Shown: positions 19,295 through 27,098, counted from the first letter of the stretch. The stretch: DNA of 64,000 nucleotides from a virus (IMGVR_UViG_3300021425_002620); one strand, 5' to 3'. Notes: generated from the letters alone by a model not told the origin. Numbers and translations: made by a program.

Positions 19295-20434
19295 TTAAAC
19301 CGATATAGAACCAAAAGTTTTCCATTCGCCTGGAGTTCCGCTTTTAACGCATACCCATCCTACATATGATGTAGGTCTTGGATCTGAATTCCAAACAATG
19401 TCGCCTTTGTTCCAATTTCCGTCTACAGGTTCTGTATTAGATACTGCAAACTTTTTACCTTCAAATCTAACAGAACCGTTAGTTTCTAGAGATACATCAT
19501 TAACTGATGTTACTCCAATACCAAGTTTGCCGTGTATATTTACATCTGCTGAATTAGCACCTCTAATACCGAATTCAACCTTGCCTGATTTACTAATACT
19601 AATTCTAGGAGTATCATCTGTAATTAAATGAACACCTGAATTACTAAATGCACCAATACGAATGTCAGTGTCGTCTACATCAACTACAAACTCACTTCCC
19701 CAGCCTTGCACTGCGAAGTTACCATTTGGTTGCTCAGTACCAATACCTAGTCTATCAGTATCAGTATTATATCTAAAACCATCGCCAAACGAAACATGTC
19801 CAGCAACATCTAAAGACTCAAGTGTACCTACAGATCTTAGTTTGCTTGATCTAACGCTATTTCCTAATCCTGATGATGATATTACCGGCTCACTACCGAT
19901 ATAATAAGCAGCATCTCTAGCCATATCAATACTAATACTAGACCACAGTCTGACTGGATTATTCTTTAATACTAGTTGTTTTGATGTGCCATCGCCTTGC
20001 CACAACAAACCTTTGTTGTATACTGTTCCGTCTGTAGCACTAAACTCTAAGGATTTTGAAGAACTATTTCTTAGGTCGCCTGCAATTTCATCTGCATATA
20101 TTTTGCGGACAGTAAGATCACCGTCTACATCTAAGTTTCCGGATACTGTAGTATCGCCTACTACTTCGTCAACATCTATTTTATCTGTGCTAATACCATC
20201 GTCGTCTATTAGTACAGATAACTTAGTAGCACTGTCTTTAATACCAACAGAACTAAAATTACTAATAGTTCCGCCATTAATTTTATTTCCGCTTATTCCA
20301 CCCTGAGGAATATCGTCCACATTAGGCTTTACATCACTTGGCACTGTTGCTAGTGTTCCTAGCAATTCTGCTAACTGAATCAAACCTTCTTGCGAATGTT
20401 TTAGAGTTATTGGGTCAACTGATTTGTTCTTCAT
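19295..20434 (-). CDS. Probable virion structural protein (beta-strand rich)
   Basis: RLGIGTEQPNG and KLGIGVTS repeats, C-terminal GDIVWN..P...GWVC..SGTPGEW; late box 5 nt before ATG 20434. Confidence 0.65.
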   Translation of the reverse strand: MKNKSVDPITLKHSQEGLIQLAELLGTLATVPSDVKPNVDDIPQGGISGNKINGGTISNFSSVGIKDSATKLSVLIDDDGISTDKIDVDEVVGDTTVSGNLDVDGDLTVRKIYADEIAGDLRNSSSKSLEFSATDGTVYNKGLLWQGDGTSKQLVLKNNPVRLWSSISIDMARDAAYYIGSEPVISSSGLGNSVRSSKLRSVGTLESLDVAGHVSFGDGFRYNTDTDRLGIGTEQPNGNFAVQGWGSEFVVDVDDTDIRIGAFSNSGVHLITDDTPRISISKSGKVEFGIRGANSADVNIHGKLGIGVTSVNDVSLETNGSVRFEGKKFAVSNTEPVDGNWNKGDIVWNSDPRPTSYVGWVCVKSGTPGEWKTFGSISV

Positions 20435-20445
20435 ATAACTATTTA

Positions 20446-21738
20446 TCAAGATACCTTTAGAAGCACTGTATCAGGATTACAGCGACCATTTAGTTTGGTA
20501 TCTGTTGTATTAATATTATCTAAGAACTTGCGTAGTGCTACTTTACCTGCGGCTTTGAACTCTTTTAATTGTTCGGGTGGCTTACGCAAAGTCTTTTGAA
20601 TACTCTGTGCTTCATCAAATCCGATAATAGTTGTACCTTTGACACTAAGTCCAGTGCCGTCACGCATTAGTCCTTTTGGATCTACATTTGACGCAACATA
20701 CTTACCTAGTTTCCGTGTTTTAACATTAAATACCCAAAGTTCGTTTGCACCTACAATAAGTGTAGGATCAATTGATGCAAGTGAATACTTGTCATCTGCT
20801 TTGTTAAACTTGAGCTTTTCAACAATCTTACTTGCTGAACGTTGCTTAGGCTTACGTGGTTTACGTGTTGCTTTTGCTTGTTCAATAATAAAGTCAAGCT
20901 CTGCATTTACAGTCTCAATTGCTTTGCGATACTTTGCAATGTCTGATTTTTTAAGATGACTATAACCTTCTTTAAGTTGTGCCCATTGATCTGCTTCAAA
21001 CTCGCTCATCTTCTTAAGTTGGCCAGCAGTAGGGAATCGTTCTAGTTCGTTAAAGTCTTCAAGTTCAGACTCCCAAAAAGATCGCATTTTACGAGCATGT
21101 GCTTGGCTAGGTTGTATCTTTTTAAAATGTTTTTTAAAGTCAAATCCTTTAGGATCAAAGTTATCTTTATCGCTAATCCAAACTTCTAACCATTCATCAA
21201 TTGGTTCTGCCATTTCGTATGCTTGATCGCGAATACGTTCTTGAATCGTAGGAACATGCTTCTTAGCTTCGTTTTTGGCTTCTTCTTTCTTTTCAACAAC
21301 AACCTTTGAGCCTTCTTCGATATAATGTTCAATTCTTTTTTGTAAAAATATCTTTGGATCTTTTGCTTCGCCTATTGTTCCTGGAAGACTTTGCCAATAT
21401 TCATCTTCAGCTTTTACATACCCCGGCATTCCATTTAGAAACTGCTTTGCAACAATAGCACTTGTAACACTAATAAAAGTGTTAGGCATTGCTTTTGCAT
21501 GTTTAATTTGTTCTTTAGTATACTCGCCACTCTTTTCCATCCATTCAAAAATTGCAGGATAAAGATCTGCGGGTTTAAATTCTTCGTAATAGAACTGACG
21601 GGTGTGTTGTCTGTGACGATGAATCTGCTGACCAGTCCATTCTTCCCAGCCGTCCCAACCCGGTGCTTCGATTTTACCACCTCGTTTGATACGAGGAGCA
21701 GCTCTAGGTGCTTTACGTTTTGTTTTTGGAAGTGCCAT
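20446..21738 (-). CDS. Conserved T4-like phage hypothetical protein (430 aa)
   Basis: C-terminal LWVFNVKTRKL...SVKGTTIIGFD...KTLRKP segment; own early promoter. Confidence 0.65.
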   Translation of the reverse strand: MALPKTKRKAPRAAPRIKRGGKIEAPGWDGWEEWTGQQIHRHRQHTRQFYYEEFKPADLYPAIFEWMEKSGEYTKEQIKHAKAMPNTFISVTSAIVAKQFLNGMPGYVKAEDEYWQSLPGTIGEAKDPKIFLQKRIEHYIEEGSKVVVEKKEEAKNEAKKHVPTIQERIRDQAYEMAEPIDEWLEVWISDKDNFDPKGFDFKKHFKKIQPSQAHARKMRSFWESELEDFNELERFPTAGQLKKMSEFEADQWAQLKEGYSHLKKSDIAKYRKAIETVNAELDFIIEQAKATRKPRKPKQRSASKIVEKLKFNKADDKYSLASIDPTLIVGANELWVFNVKTRKLGKYVASNVDPKGLMRDGTGLSVKGTTIIGFDEAQSIQKTLRKPPEQLKEFKAAGKVALRKFLDNINTTDTKLNGRCNPDTVLLKVS

Positions 21739-21770
21739 TGTATTGTCCTTGCAATTTCAATTATTTTACT

Positions 21771-21799
21771 ACTATATAGCCACTATGCTACAAAGTCAA
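21771..21799 (-). promoter_or_regulatory. Sigma70-type early promoter
   Basis: TTGACT-N17-TATAGT. Confidence 0.65.
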
Positions 21800-22199
21800 G
21801 TATTTTTGACTCATCTTCAGACCAAAAAACTCTTTTAATGCCATAGCTCTTGATTATATTAGAACAGCCTGCACAGGGTTTAGCAAGACCGTATACCCAC
21901 CTGTTAGACGCAATATGCGGTCGTTTAACACGTACTATGTGTAAGTCGCACTGTTTGAGTTGCTCGGGTGTAATCAAGCGTAGAGCGTTGCGTATAGCGT
22001 CTACTTCGGCATGCATAAACAGTTGATCTGTGCGGTATCCTTCACCTAACATCATTGGGTGAGTTTTTCTTCGATTAACACCTGTAGAAATGAGATGTTT
22101 CTTATAGGTAATGCCAGCAGCCATTGGCACTCTTCGACTTGATTCAAATCCGCCCGAACTAATAGCCAGCCGAGTAAGCATTTGATTTATACGATTCAT
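21783..22199 (-). CDS. Cytidine/deoxycytidylate deaminase-family protein
   Basis: HAEVDAI and KPCAGC zinc-deaminase motifs. Confidence 0.8.
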   Translation of the reverse strand: MNRINQMLTRLAISSGGFESSRRVPMAAGITYKKHLISTGVNRRKTHPMMLGEGYRTDQLFMHAEVDAIRNALRLITPEQLKQCDLHIVRVKRPHIASNRWVYGLAKPCAGCSNIIKSYGIKRVFWSEDESKILDFVA

Positions 22200-22438
22200 T
22201 GTGCTTTCTTTAATTCGTAGAATGTAGCATACTTATCTTTGAGTGTGCCAATAATCTTAATGCGGTGTCCATAGGTGTGAGGGTTTGGAGTAGAAGTCCA
22301 GTATACATCTTCTGCTTTTTCCATTGCCCATTTGCCTTCGGGTGTCTGCTGCCAGTTATAAATAGGCTCTGCTACATAGATTTCTACATCATCCACATCG
22401 CCCATTGTAAACTCGTGTAAGACATACTTAGCCTTCAC
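22196..22438 (-). CDS. Hypothetical protein
   Basis: ORF in a tightly packed operon with ATGA overlap. Confidence 0.6.
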   Translation of the reverse strand: MKAKYVLHEFTMGDVDDVEIYVAEPIYNWQQTPEGKWAMEKAEDVYWTSTPNPHTYGHRIKIIGTLKDKYATFYELKKAQ

Positions 22439-22467
22439 GTTCTAGATCCCACACACAAATATTTGGT

Positions 22468-23775
22468 TTAGATTTTTTCGCCGACTTCAAATCCGCGGAA
22501 GGTTTTGAACCTTGGGAAACGAAGCGAATAAGTGCCGTCTTGATTTTGCGTAATAGCATCTGCTCGTACCTCTACTAAATTGCCGATAATATCATCACGG
22601 CTGTTCCAAAAATCGTCACGATTAGCATCAGTGAAGCCGCTGCCAACATTAACGTGAATATGTCTTCCGTCGTCGATTCCCTCGCAGACAAACGCTCCAA
22701 GGCGTCCTTCGTTGCGGCCAGTACCTTCTTCAATCTCCTTTACCTCCAATGTTACTTCAATAAATGGCTTTGCTTTGAGCCAAGCATGAGTACGCTTACA
22801 TTCATACGGTGCATCAGGATCTTTGATCATAACTCCTTCATATCCACCGTCTACAGCCGCTTTATTAAGCTCTACAAAGCGTTGTTGTCCTTCGGGTGTG
22901 TCCAAGTTAACATCTTCCCATTCAAGTGCCTGTACGTGCTTTAAAACGCTTTGATGATCACGTACCCAATGGCTAGTAATAAGGCTTCTAAAACTCTGTG
23001 GTTTATCCCACTCGCCTTTTAAGAAACAACCTAATGGAATAGTATCAAACAAGTGTAGCACAGCATCATTCGCTTTTACGTTGTCCTTACGGTGCACCTG
23101 CTTCATAAGATCTTGAAAGTTAGCACTCATTACTTCTCCGTCTAAAACAAGCGGATAAGGTACAGGATGTTCTTTTAGCACCTCTTTGATTTCGTTAATG
23201 ATATGATCAAAGTTGTGAAATTGTTTACCATTACGACTAAACATTTCTACTTTGTCACCTTTAATAACTGTAAGTACTCGAACACCGTCTAGTTTAATTT
23301 CAATCTGCTTAGGACCTACCATTTTCTTTTCGTGCTTGGCACTATCATGAGCAAGAGCACAAGTAAACACAGGTACAGTTCCAGGTACTACTTTGTTTAC
23401 AGTCTTTTCACTAACACCGCAACGTAAGTCCTTGATAAGGATACGACGGTACCAATCATTCCACTGTTCTGTAGTAGCAACACCCATTGCTAGTTCAATA
23501 GCATCACGTGCCGCATGTCCAGTTAGCTCACGCTGTTGTAGTTTTTCAGCAAGTTCTTTAAACACTTCCCAAGACAATCCTTGTCCAGTTAATATGTCTG
23601 AACGCTCAGGGACTTGTTTTACACCAAATGTAATGAGAGGATCTAGGGCCATTGTAAGACCTTCAAAAAACTCTGGCAATCCTTCGTCGTATGCCGCTCG
23701 AATAATGCCTTCTTTGTCTAAGCGACTGTTGTGGATTTCAAGTTGACGAATAATTGCGTCTGGTTGTGTTCTCAT
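22468..23775 (-). CDS. ATP-dependent DNA ligase (T4 gp30-like)
   Basis: IKLDGVR active-site motif, LDGEV, EGVMIK, WLKAK, GSGFTD, SLRFPRF. Confidence 0.95.
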   Translation of the reverse strand: MRTQPDAIIRQLEIHNSRLDKEGIIRAAYDEGLPEFFEGLTMALDPLITFGVKQVPERSDILTGQGLSWEVFKELAEKLQQRELTGHAARDAIELAMGVATTEQWNDWYRRILIKDLRCGVSEKTVNKVVPGTVPVFTCALAHDSAKHEKKMVGPKQIEIKLDGVRVLTVIKGDKVEMFSRNGKQFHNFDHIINEIKEVLKEHPVPYPLVLDGEVMSANFQDLMKQVHRKDNVKANDAVLHLFDTIPLGCFLKGEWDKPQSFRSLITSHWVRDHQSVLKHVQALEWEDVNLDTPEGQQRFVELNKAAVDGGYEGVMIKDPDAPYECKRTHAWLKAKPFIEVTLEVKEIEEGTGRNEGRLGAFVCEGIDDGRHIHVNVGSGFTDANRDDFWNSRDDIIGNLVEVRADAITQNQDGTYSLRFPRFKTFRGFEVGEKI

Positions 23776-23996
23776 GCCATTGCCCTTTCAACTTTCTTTA
23801 ATACTGCTTGTGAATGCTTGCAAGCACCTCTAAATGTAAATCCAGGACAATCGCAGTTAAAACCTTTGTCATGTAGTTCTACATTATAAACATTATCTTT
23901 ACTACCTTGCATAGGCCAGATAGTGCCTACCATCCAATGGCCCTTAGGCGAAAAGACGGTAGGTCTTAGATAGCGTTCAAACTTTGACTTTTTCAT
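23772..23996 (-). CDS. SWIM zinc-finger protein
   Basis: CDCPGFTFRGACKH. Confidence 0.8.
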   Translation of the reverse strand: MKKSKFERYLRPTVFSPKGHWMVGTIWPMQGSKDNVYNVELHDKGFNCDCPGFTFRGACKHSQAVLKKVERAMA

Positions 23997-24292
23997 ACTT
24001 GCCTCGGTGTTGTGCCTGTTGCTGTATATAACTTCATTATTATACCATCAACTTCAGCTTCTGTCAACCATCCTTTTATTGTATCGCCTTCATTAGTAAT
24101 ACCTGGAAGTTCTACCATATCCGAAGCAACACCATCATTGGCATCAAACACGCCGATTTCGTATTTTCCTTGACTGCCGCCATATGAGAAATCGCTCTTG
24201 ACAATACTCAAGTGATATTTGCCAAAGTCAAGAACTGCTTGTACACCTTTAGGTACATCAGTTTCCAATAGTTTGAAATCCTTCAGTTTCAT
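23993..24292 (-). CDS. Hypothetical protein
   Basis: ORF in packed operon. Confidence 0.6.
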   Translation of the reverse strand: MKLKDFKLLETDVPKGVQAVLDFGKYHLSIVKSDFSYGGSQGKYEIGVFDANDGVASDMVELPGITNEGDTIKGWLTEAEVDGIIMKLYTATGTTPRQV

Positions 24293-24455
24293 AATATTCT
24301 GGCTCCATTTCTAGTGATTCGTGGTAATCAAAAACTGTATATCCTTGTAGTGCATACCACGTCGCTTGTTTAGGTGTAGCAAGAGCAGTAAGTCTATCAG
24401 TAATCTTACCGCCCTGCCACTTTTCAAACTCATACAATCGGTGTTCGTAAAGCAT
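24258..24455 (-). CDS. Hypothetical protein
   Basis: Short ORF bridging neighbouring genes; start uncertain. Confidence 0.45.
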   Translation of the reverse strand: MLYEHRLYEFEKWQGGKITDRLTALATPKQATWYALQGYTVFDYHESLEMEPEYYETEGFQTIGN

Positions 24456-24954
24456 CTAAGTTCACCGGAGTGTAATTAATTTGCTCTACGCAAACACATT
24501 TGTAAGGTCCTTCCGGTGAAGGATTACTATGAACGTGTCCGTGTACGTTTACAACATCTTGTCCGTCCCAGCGCAACTTTTCACCTAGTGTTTGCGGGTG
24601 CAAAGGCATGTGGGTAAACACCAAGTTATCAATGTTGTACCAGTACTGTATATCTTTGAAGAATGGAGCAAGGTGCTTAACATTATCGTGATTGCCTAGT
24701 GCAAGTTTTTTCTTGCCAGGCAACTTAGCAAAGTTTGCCTCCATCCATGCAACCTTATCCATACCAAACAACACATCTCCACAGTGAATAACTGTATCGC
24801 CGTCTTTAACAGTATCGTTCCAGTTGTCTAACATGCACTGATTCATCTCGTCTACATTAGCAAACTGCCTTGTGGGCTTGCCATCGTAATCACAAAACTC
24901 TAAAATTTTAGCGTGGTTGAAGTGAGTGTCGCTTAAAACCCAAATATCTGCCAT
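24430..24954 (-). CDS. Calcineurin-like metallophosphoesterase
   Basis: SDTHFNH, HCGDV, GNHD, HGHVH motifs. Confidence 0.9.
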   Translation of the reverse strand: MADIWVLSDTHFNHAKILEFCDYDGKPTRQFANVDEMNQCMLDNWNDTVKDGDTVIHCGDVLFGMDKVAWMEANFAKLPGKKKLALGNHDNVKHLAPFFKDIQYWYNIDNLVFTHMPLHPQTLGEKLRWDGQDVVNVHGHVHSNPSPEGPYKCVCVEQINYTPVNLDALRTPIV

Positions 24955-24990
24955 CTTGTGTGCCTCTGTGTGTGCCTAATTAATATAACT

Positions 24991-25019
24991 ATTATAAGCT
25001 CATTTTATGCTGTTGTCAA
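24991..25019 (-). promoter_or_regulatory. Sigma70-type early promoter
   Basis: TTGACA-N17-TATAAT. Confidence 0.75.
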
Positions 25020-25523
25020 CTGAAAAAGCTCTAAATCTTTGGCGTAAAAGTCATTGATTTTATTATAGTTTGCGTGTTCAGTTACATAATTTCTAATTTT
25101 TACTTTGTTTCTGTTACCATCAATTGTATTAATAATGTCTAGAGTTGCAGTCTTTCTAAAACAGTTCCAATCTTCTTGCATACGATGCAAAAGATTAGGT
25201 TCGAACTGATATAACTTTGTTCTGTTTGGATCGAGCATTTCAATAAATGTATGTTGCGGTTGTGTGTGCTTGTCTAGATGCAGTTTTTCTAAATTAAAAC
25301 TTCTAATATCTGTATTATCAAACTGCTGACATCTCCATAGGTACTCTGTTGCACCACTAATCCATCTATCTATTGGATCTCGTATTACAGCAATGTATGT
25401 GCGTCTATTGATGTGCTTGTAGTCAGTAGGTGTCCAACTACAGTATGCAGAGATTGCGGTGCTTGCATTCTTTGGAATTAATACAATACATGCTTTGTCA
25501 TTGTAAAAGCCAGTTCTAAACAT
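25005..25523 (-). CDS. Sulfotransferase-family protein (start MFRTGFY)
   Basis: IPKNASTAI (PAPS-binding loop), VIRDPIDRWISG, HTQPQ and C-terminal FYAKDLELF motifs; the longer ORF call runs into tRNA-Arg. Confidence 0.7.
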   Translation of the reverse strand: MFRTGFYNDKACIVLIPKNASTAISAYCSWTPTDYKHINRRTYIAVIRDPIDRWISGATEYLWRCQQFDNTDIRSFNLEKLHLDKHTQPQHTFIEMLDPNRTKLYQFEPNLLHRMQEDWNCFRKTATLDIINTIDGNRNKVKIRNYVTEHANYNKINDFYAKDLELFQLTTA

Positions 25524-25536
25524 GCTGTATTTACAT

Positions 25537-25613
25537 TGGCGCGGCTGAAGAGATTCGAACTCCTGACCCTTGGTTTCGTAGACCAATGCTCTATCCAGCT
25601 GAGCTACAGCCGC
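25537..25613 (-). tRNA. tRNA-Arg(ACG)
   Basis: Cloverleaf GCGGCTG...CAGCCGC-G-CCA, anticodon arm TTGGT-CT-ACG-AA-ACCAA, TTCGAAT T-loop, encoded CCA. Confidence 0.95.
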
Positions 25614-25623
25614 GTAAAATAAT

Positions 25624-25652
25624 ATTATAGTTGACTTTCATCTAAATGTCAA
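25624..25652 (-). promoter_or_regulatory. Internal sigma70-type promoter for tRNA-Arg and the sulfotransferase gene
   Basis: TTGACA-N17-TATAAT between tRNA-Cys and tRNA-Arg. Confidence 0.75.
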
Positions 25653-25655
25653 CCA

Positions 25656-25729
25656 TGGAGTGAGAGGTGAGAATCGAACTCACATACAAGGATTTGCAAT
25701 CCTCTGCGTAACCATTCCGCCACTCTCAC
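25656..25729 (-). tRNA. tRNA-Cys(GCA)
   Basis: GTGAGAG...CTCTCAC-T-CCA, anticodon arm GAGGA-TT-GCA-AA-TCCTT. Confidence 0.95.
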
Positions 25730-25734
25730 ATAAT

Positions 25735-25811
25735 TGGTCGGGGATGCAGGATTCGAACCTGCGACCTTTCCGCCCCAAACGGAACGCACTCCCAGACTGT
25801 GCTAATCCCCG
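25735..25811 (-). tRNA. tRNA-Pro(TGG)
   Basis: CGGGGAT...ATCCCCG-A-CCA, anticodon arm TTCCG-TT-TGG-GG-CGGAA. Confidence 0.95.
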
Positions 25812-25885
25812 TGGCATAGGTGGAGGGAGTCGAACCCCCGCTTGCAGTTTTGGAGACTGCCGTGCTACCATAACACTTCACCCAT
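25812..25885 (-). tRNA. tRNA-Trp(CCA)
   Basis: ATGGGTG...CACCTAT-G-CCA, anticodon arm GCAGT-CT-CCA-AA-ACTGC; position 8 is A rather than the usual U. Confidence 0.92.
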
Positions 25886-25917
25886 AAAAAAAGCCCCTTG
25901 CTTTCGCTTGGGGCTTT
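25886..25917 (-). terminator. Intrinsic terminator (attenuator 3:4 hairpin) abutting tRNA-Trp
   Basis: AAAGCCCC-AA-GC-GAAA-GC-AA-GGGGCTTT followed by T run (7 T in total), ending right at the tRNA-Trp 5' end. Confidence 0.9.
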
Positions 25918-25967
25918 CTCACGTACTCAAATATCACGTCAAGACAAGCCCCTACCTCTTGGCGGGC
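25910..25967 (-). promoter_or_regulatory. Attenuator alternative hairpins (protector 1:2 and antiterminator 2:3)
   Basis: 2:3 = GGGGCTT-G-TCTT-G-ACGTG (25952-25935) pairs with TACGT-GAGA-AAGCCCC (25925-25910); 1:2 = GCCCGCC-AAGA-GGT-AG-GGGC (25967-25948). Confidence 0.85.
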
Positions 25968-26001
25968 ACCAACGAAAATTTGTTGTAACTGTCTTGAACA
26001 T
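25939..26001 (-). CDS. Attenuator leader peptide MFKTVTTNFRWCPPRGRGLS (20 aa)
   Basis: Hand-translated; AAGGA SD; control codons CGT TGG TGC CCG CCA at 25974-25960; TGA stop lies inside the antiterminator 5' arm. Confidence 0.85.
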   Translation of the reverse strand: MFKTVTTNFRWCPPRGRGLS

Positions 26002-26030
26002 GTAAGTATCCTTTTGTTTAGTATGTTACT

Positions 26031-26059
26031 ACTATAGTATCAGTATTTAGCTTTGTCAA
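26031..26059 (-). promoter_or_regulatory. Sigma70-type promoter of the leader/tRNA operon
   Basis: TTGACA-N17-TATAGT, with a late-like CTAAATA inside the spacer. Confidence 0.8.
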
Positions 26060-26067
26060 CCATTATT

Positions 26068-26196
26068 TTAAGATGCAGCGTAAATTATAAATACCGGTAG
26101 CATTAAAATTAGTGCTGGAACTGCCGTTGCCGATATTGCCTCACAAATTTCGCAAACTGATCGATTATTTTTTAATCTAATTATCAAGTCCGTCAT
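26068..26196 (-). CDS. Small membrane protein (42 aa, MTDLIIRLKNNRSVCEICEAISATAVPALILMLPVFIIYAAS)
   Basis: Hand-translated; CxxC followed by a hydrophobic helix; last of a chain of overlapping micro-ORFs. Confidence 0.55.
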   Translation of the reverse strand: MTDLIIRLKNNRSVCEICEAISATAVPALILMLPVFIIYAAS

Positions 26197-26338
26197 TAGT
26201 TTTGTTTTCTCCTGTATGTCTGTGTTGTCGTTCGGCTTCTCTCATTGCTAGAACATATCTTAGATCATGCATAGGAGCATATTTTAGGTAAACAAAAGAA
26301 ACAATTATACAAGCAATAAAAATTAAGAATTCTATCAT
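26177..26338 (-). CDS. Small membrane protein (53 aa, MIEFLIFIACIIVSFVYLKYAPMHD...)
   Basis: Hand-translated; GGAGG SD and ATGA overlap. Confidence 0.6.
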   Translation of the reverse strand: MIEFLIFIACIIVSFVYLKYAPMHDLRYVLAMREAERQHRHTGENKTNDGLDN

Positions 26339-26448
26339 TCCTCCTCCTCATCCTGCATTGGTTGTTTCCTCCATTGCCAACCTGTATTCCAAGGTAGTAT
26401 CCAATAATGAAAAAACCATTCTGCCCAACTTTTTTTCTGTGTTATCAT
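26335..26448 (-). CDS. Trp-rich microprotein (37 aa, MITQKKSWAEWFFHYWILPWNTGWQWRKQPMQDEEEE)
   Basis: Hand-translated; GGAG SD, ATGA overlaps on both sides. Confidence 0.55.
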   Translation of the reverse strand: MITQKKSWAEWFFHYWILPWNTGWQWRKQPMQDEEEE

Positions 26449-26552
26449 AGTGGATTTACTCCGTATAAAGTCATCAAAAAAATACTCACTAGAAATCCTA
26501 CTTCAATACGATCTCGTAGTGTACTTTCGTCTAACAGTTTTTTTGATTTCAT
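26445..26552 (-). CDS. Small membrane protein (35 aa, MKSKKLLDESTLRDRIEVGFLVSIFLMTLYGVNPL)
   Basis: Hand-translated; first of the micro-ORF chain. Confidence 0.5.
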   Translation of the reverse strand: MKSKKLLDESTLRDRIEVGFLVSIFLMTLYGVNPL

Positions 26553-26646
26553 TTATAATTAGTAGTTATAATATATTATAATCATATATTATGTTTTTCA
26601 CGCTTATTTATCATTTAGAATAAAAAAACAGTAGAAAACTGGTAGT

Positions 26647-26925
26647 TTAAATATTATCAGGCGGAGCATAGGTTTCAGCAAGAGGTTTGTAACTTGCAGG
26701 ATATTTAGACAACGTTAATTGTTCACCGTCCCAAATGCACCAAATTGAAGGACGCACACCTACTTTAAATTCATGTACTTCGTAATCTCCTAAGAGAGAC
26801 TCAGGAAGTATATTGCCTTTGCGATCTCGCATTGGCCCTGTTCCACTAATGTATGTAACCTGGGCACTACCCCATCTATTCCACGCTTCATCAACTAGAT
26901 CAAAGCAGTCTGTCATGTGTTCCAT
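26647..26925 (-). CDS. Hypothetical protein
   Basis: AAGGA SD directly after tRNA-Ala. Confidence 0.6.
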   Translation of the reverse strand: MEHMTDCFDLVDEAWNRWGSAQVTYISGTGPMRDRKGNILPESLLGDYEVHEFKVGVRPSIWCIWDGEQLTLSKYPASYKPLAETYAPPDNI

Positions 26926-26939
26926 ACTATTTCCTTATT

Positions 26940-27015
26940 TGGTGGAGCCGACAGGGGTCGAACCTGCGACCTTCTGGATGCAAACCAGACGCTCTCCCAA
27001 CTGAGCTACGGCCCC
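26940..27015 (-). tRNA. tRNA-Ala(TGC)
   Basis: GGGGCCG...CGGCTCC-A-CCA with G3:U70, anticodon arm TCTGG-TT-TGC-AT-CCAGA. Confidence 0.95.
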
Positions 27016-27021
27016 TTAAAC

Positions 27022-27097
27022 TGGTGCCGGATGCAAGAGTCGAACTCGCGACCTTCTCATTACAAGTGAGCTGCTCTACCAACTGAGCTAATCCGGC
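27022..27097 (-). tRNA. tRNA-Thr(TGT)
   Basis: GCCGGAT...ATCCGGC-A-CCA, anticodon arm GCTCA-CT-TGT-AA-TGAGA (G27-A43 mismatch). Confidence 0.92.
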
Positions 27098-27098
27098 T

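Noticed and set aside
25524-25586. N-terminal extension of the sulfotransferase ORF
   Set aside because: It lies inside tRNA-Arg; ATG 25523 is the plausible start.
25660-25887. ORF-track calls 25660..25887(+) and 25680..25871(-)
   Set aside because: They overlap tRNA-Cys/Pro/Trp and are by-products of GC-rich tRNA sequence.
25978-25992. Thr (ACA x3) and Asn (AAT) codons in the leader also match tRNA-Thr(UGU) and tRNA-Asn(GUU)
   Set aside because: Those tRNA genes lie upstream of the leader promoter and cannot be gated by this terminator, and ACA/AAT are common in AT-rich DNA; a secondary sensing role cannot be excluded.
26813-27004. ORF-track call on + ending LVEPTGVEPATFWMQTRRSPN
   Set aside because: Antisense translation of tRNA-Ala, a classic spurious ORF.
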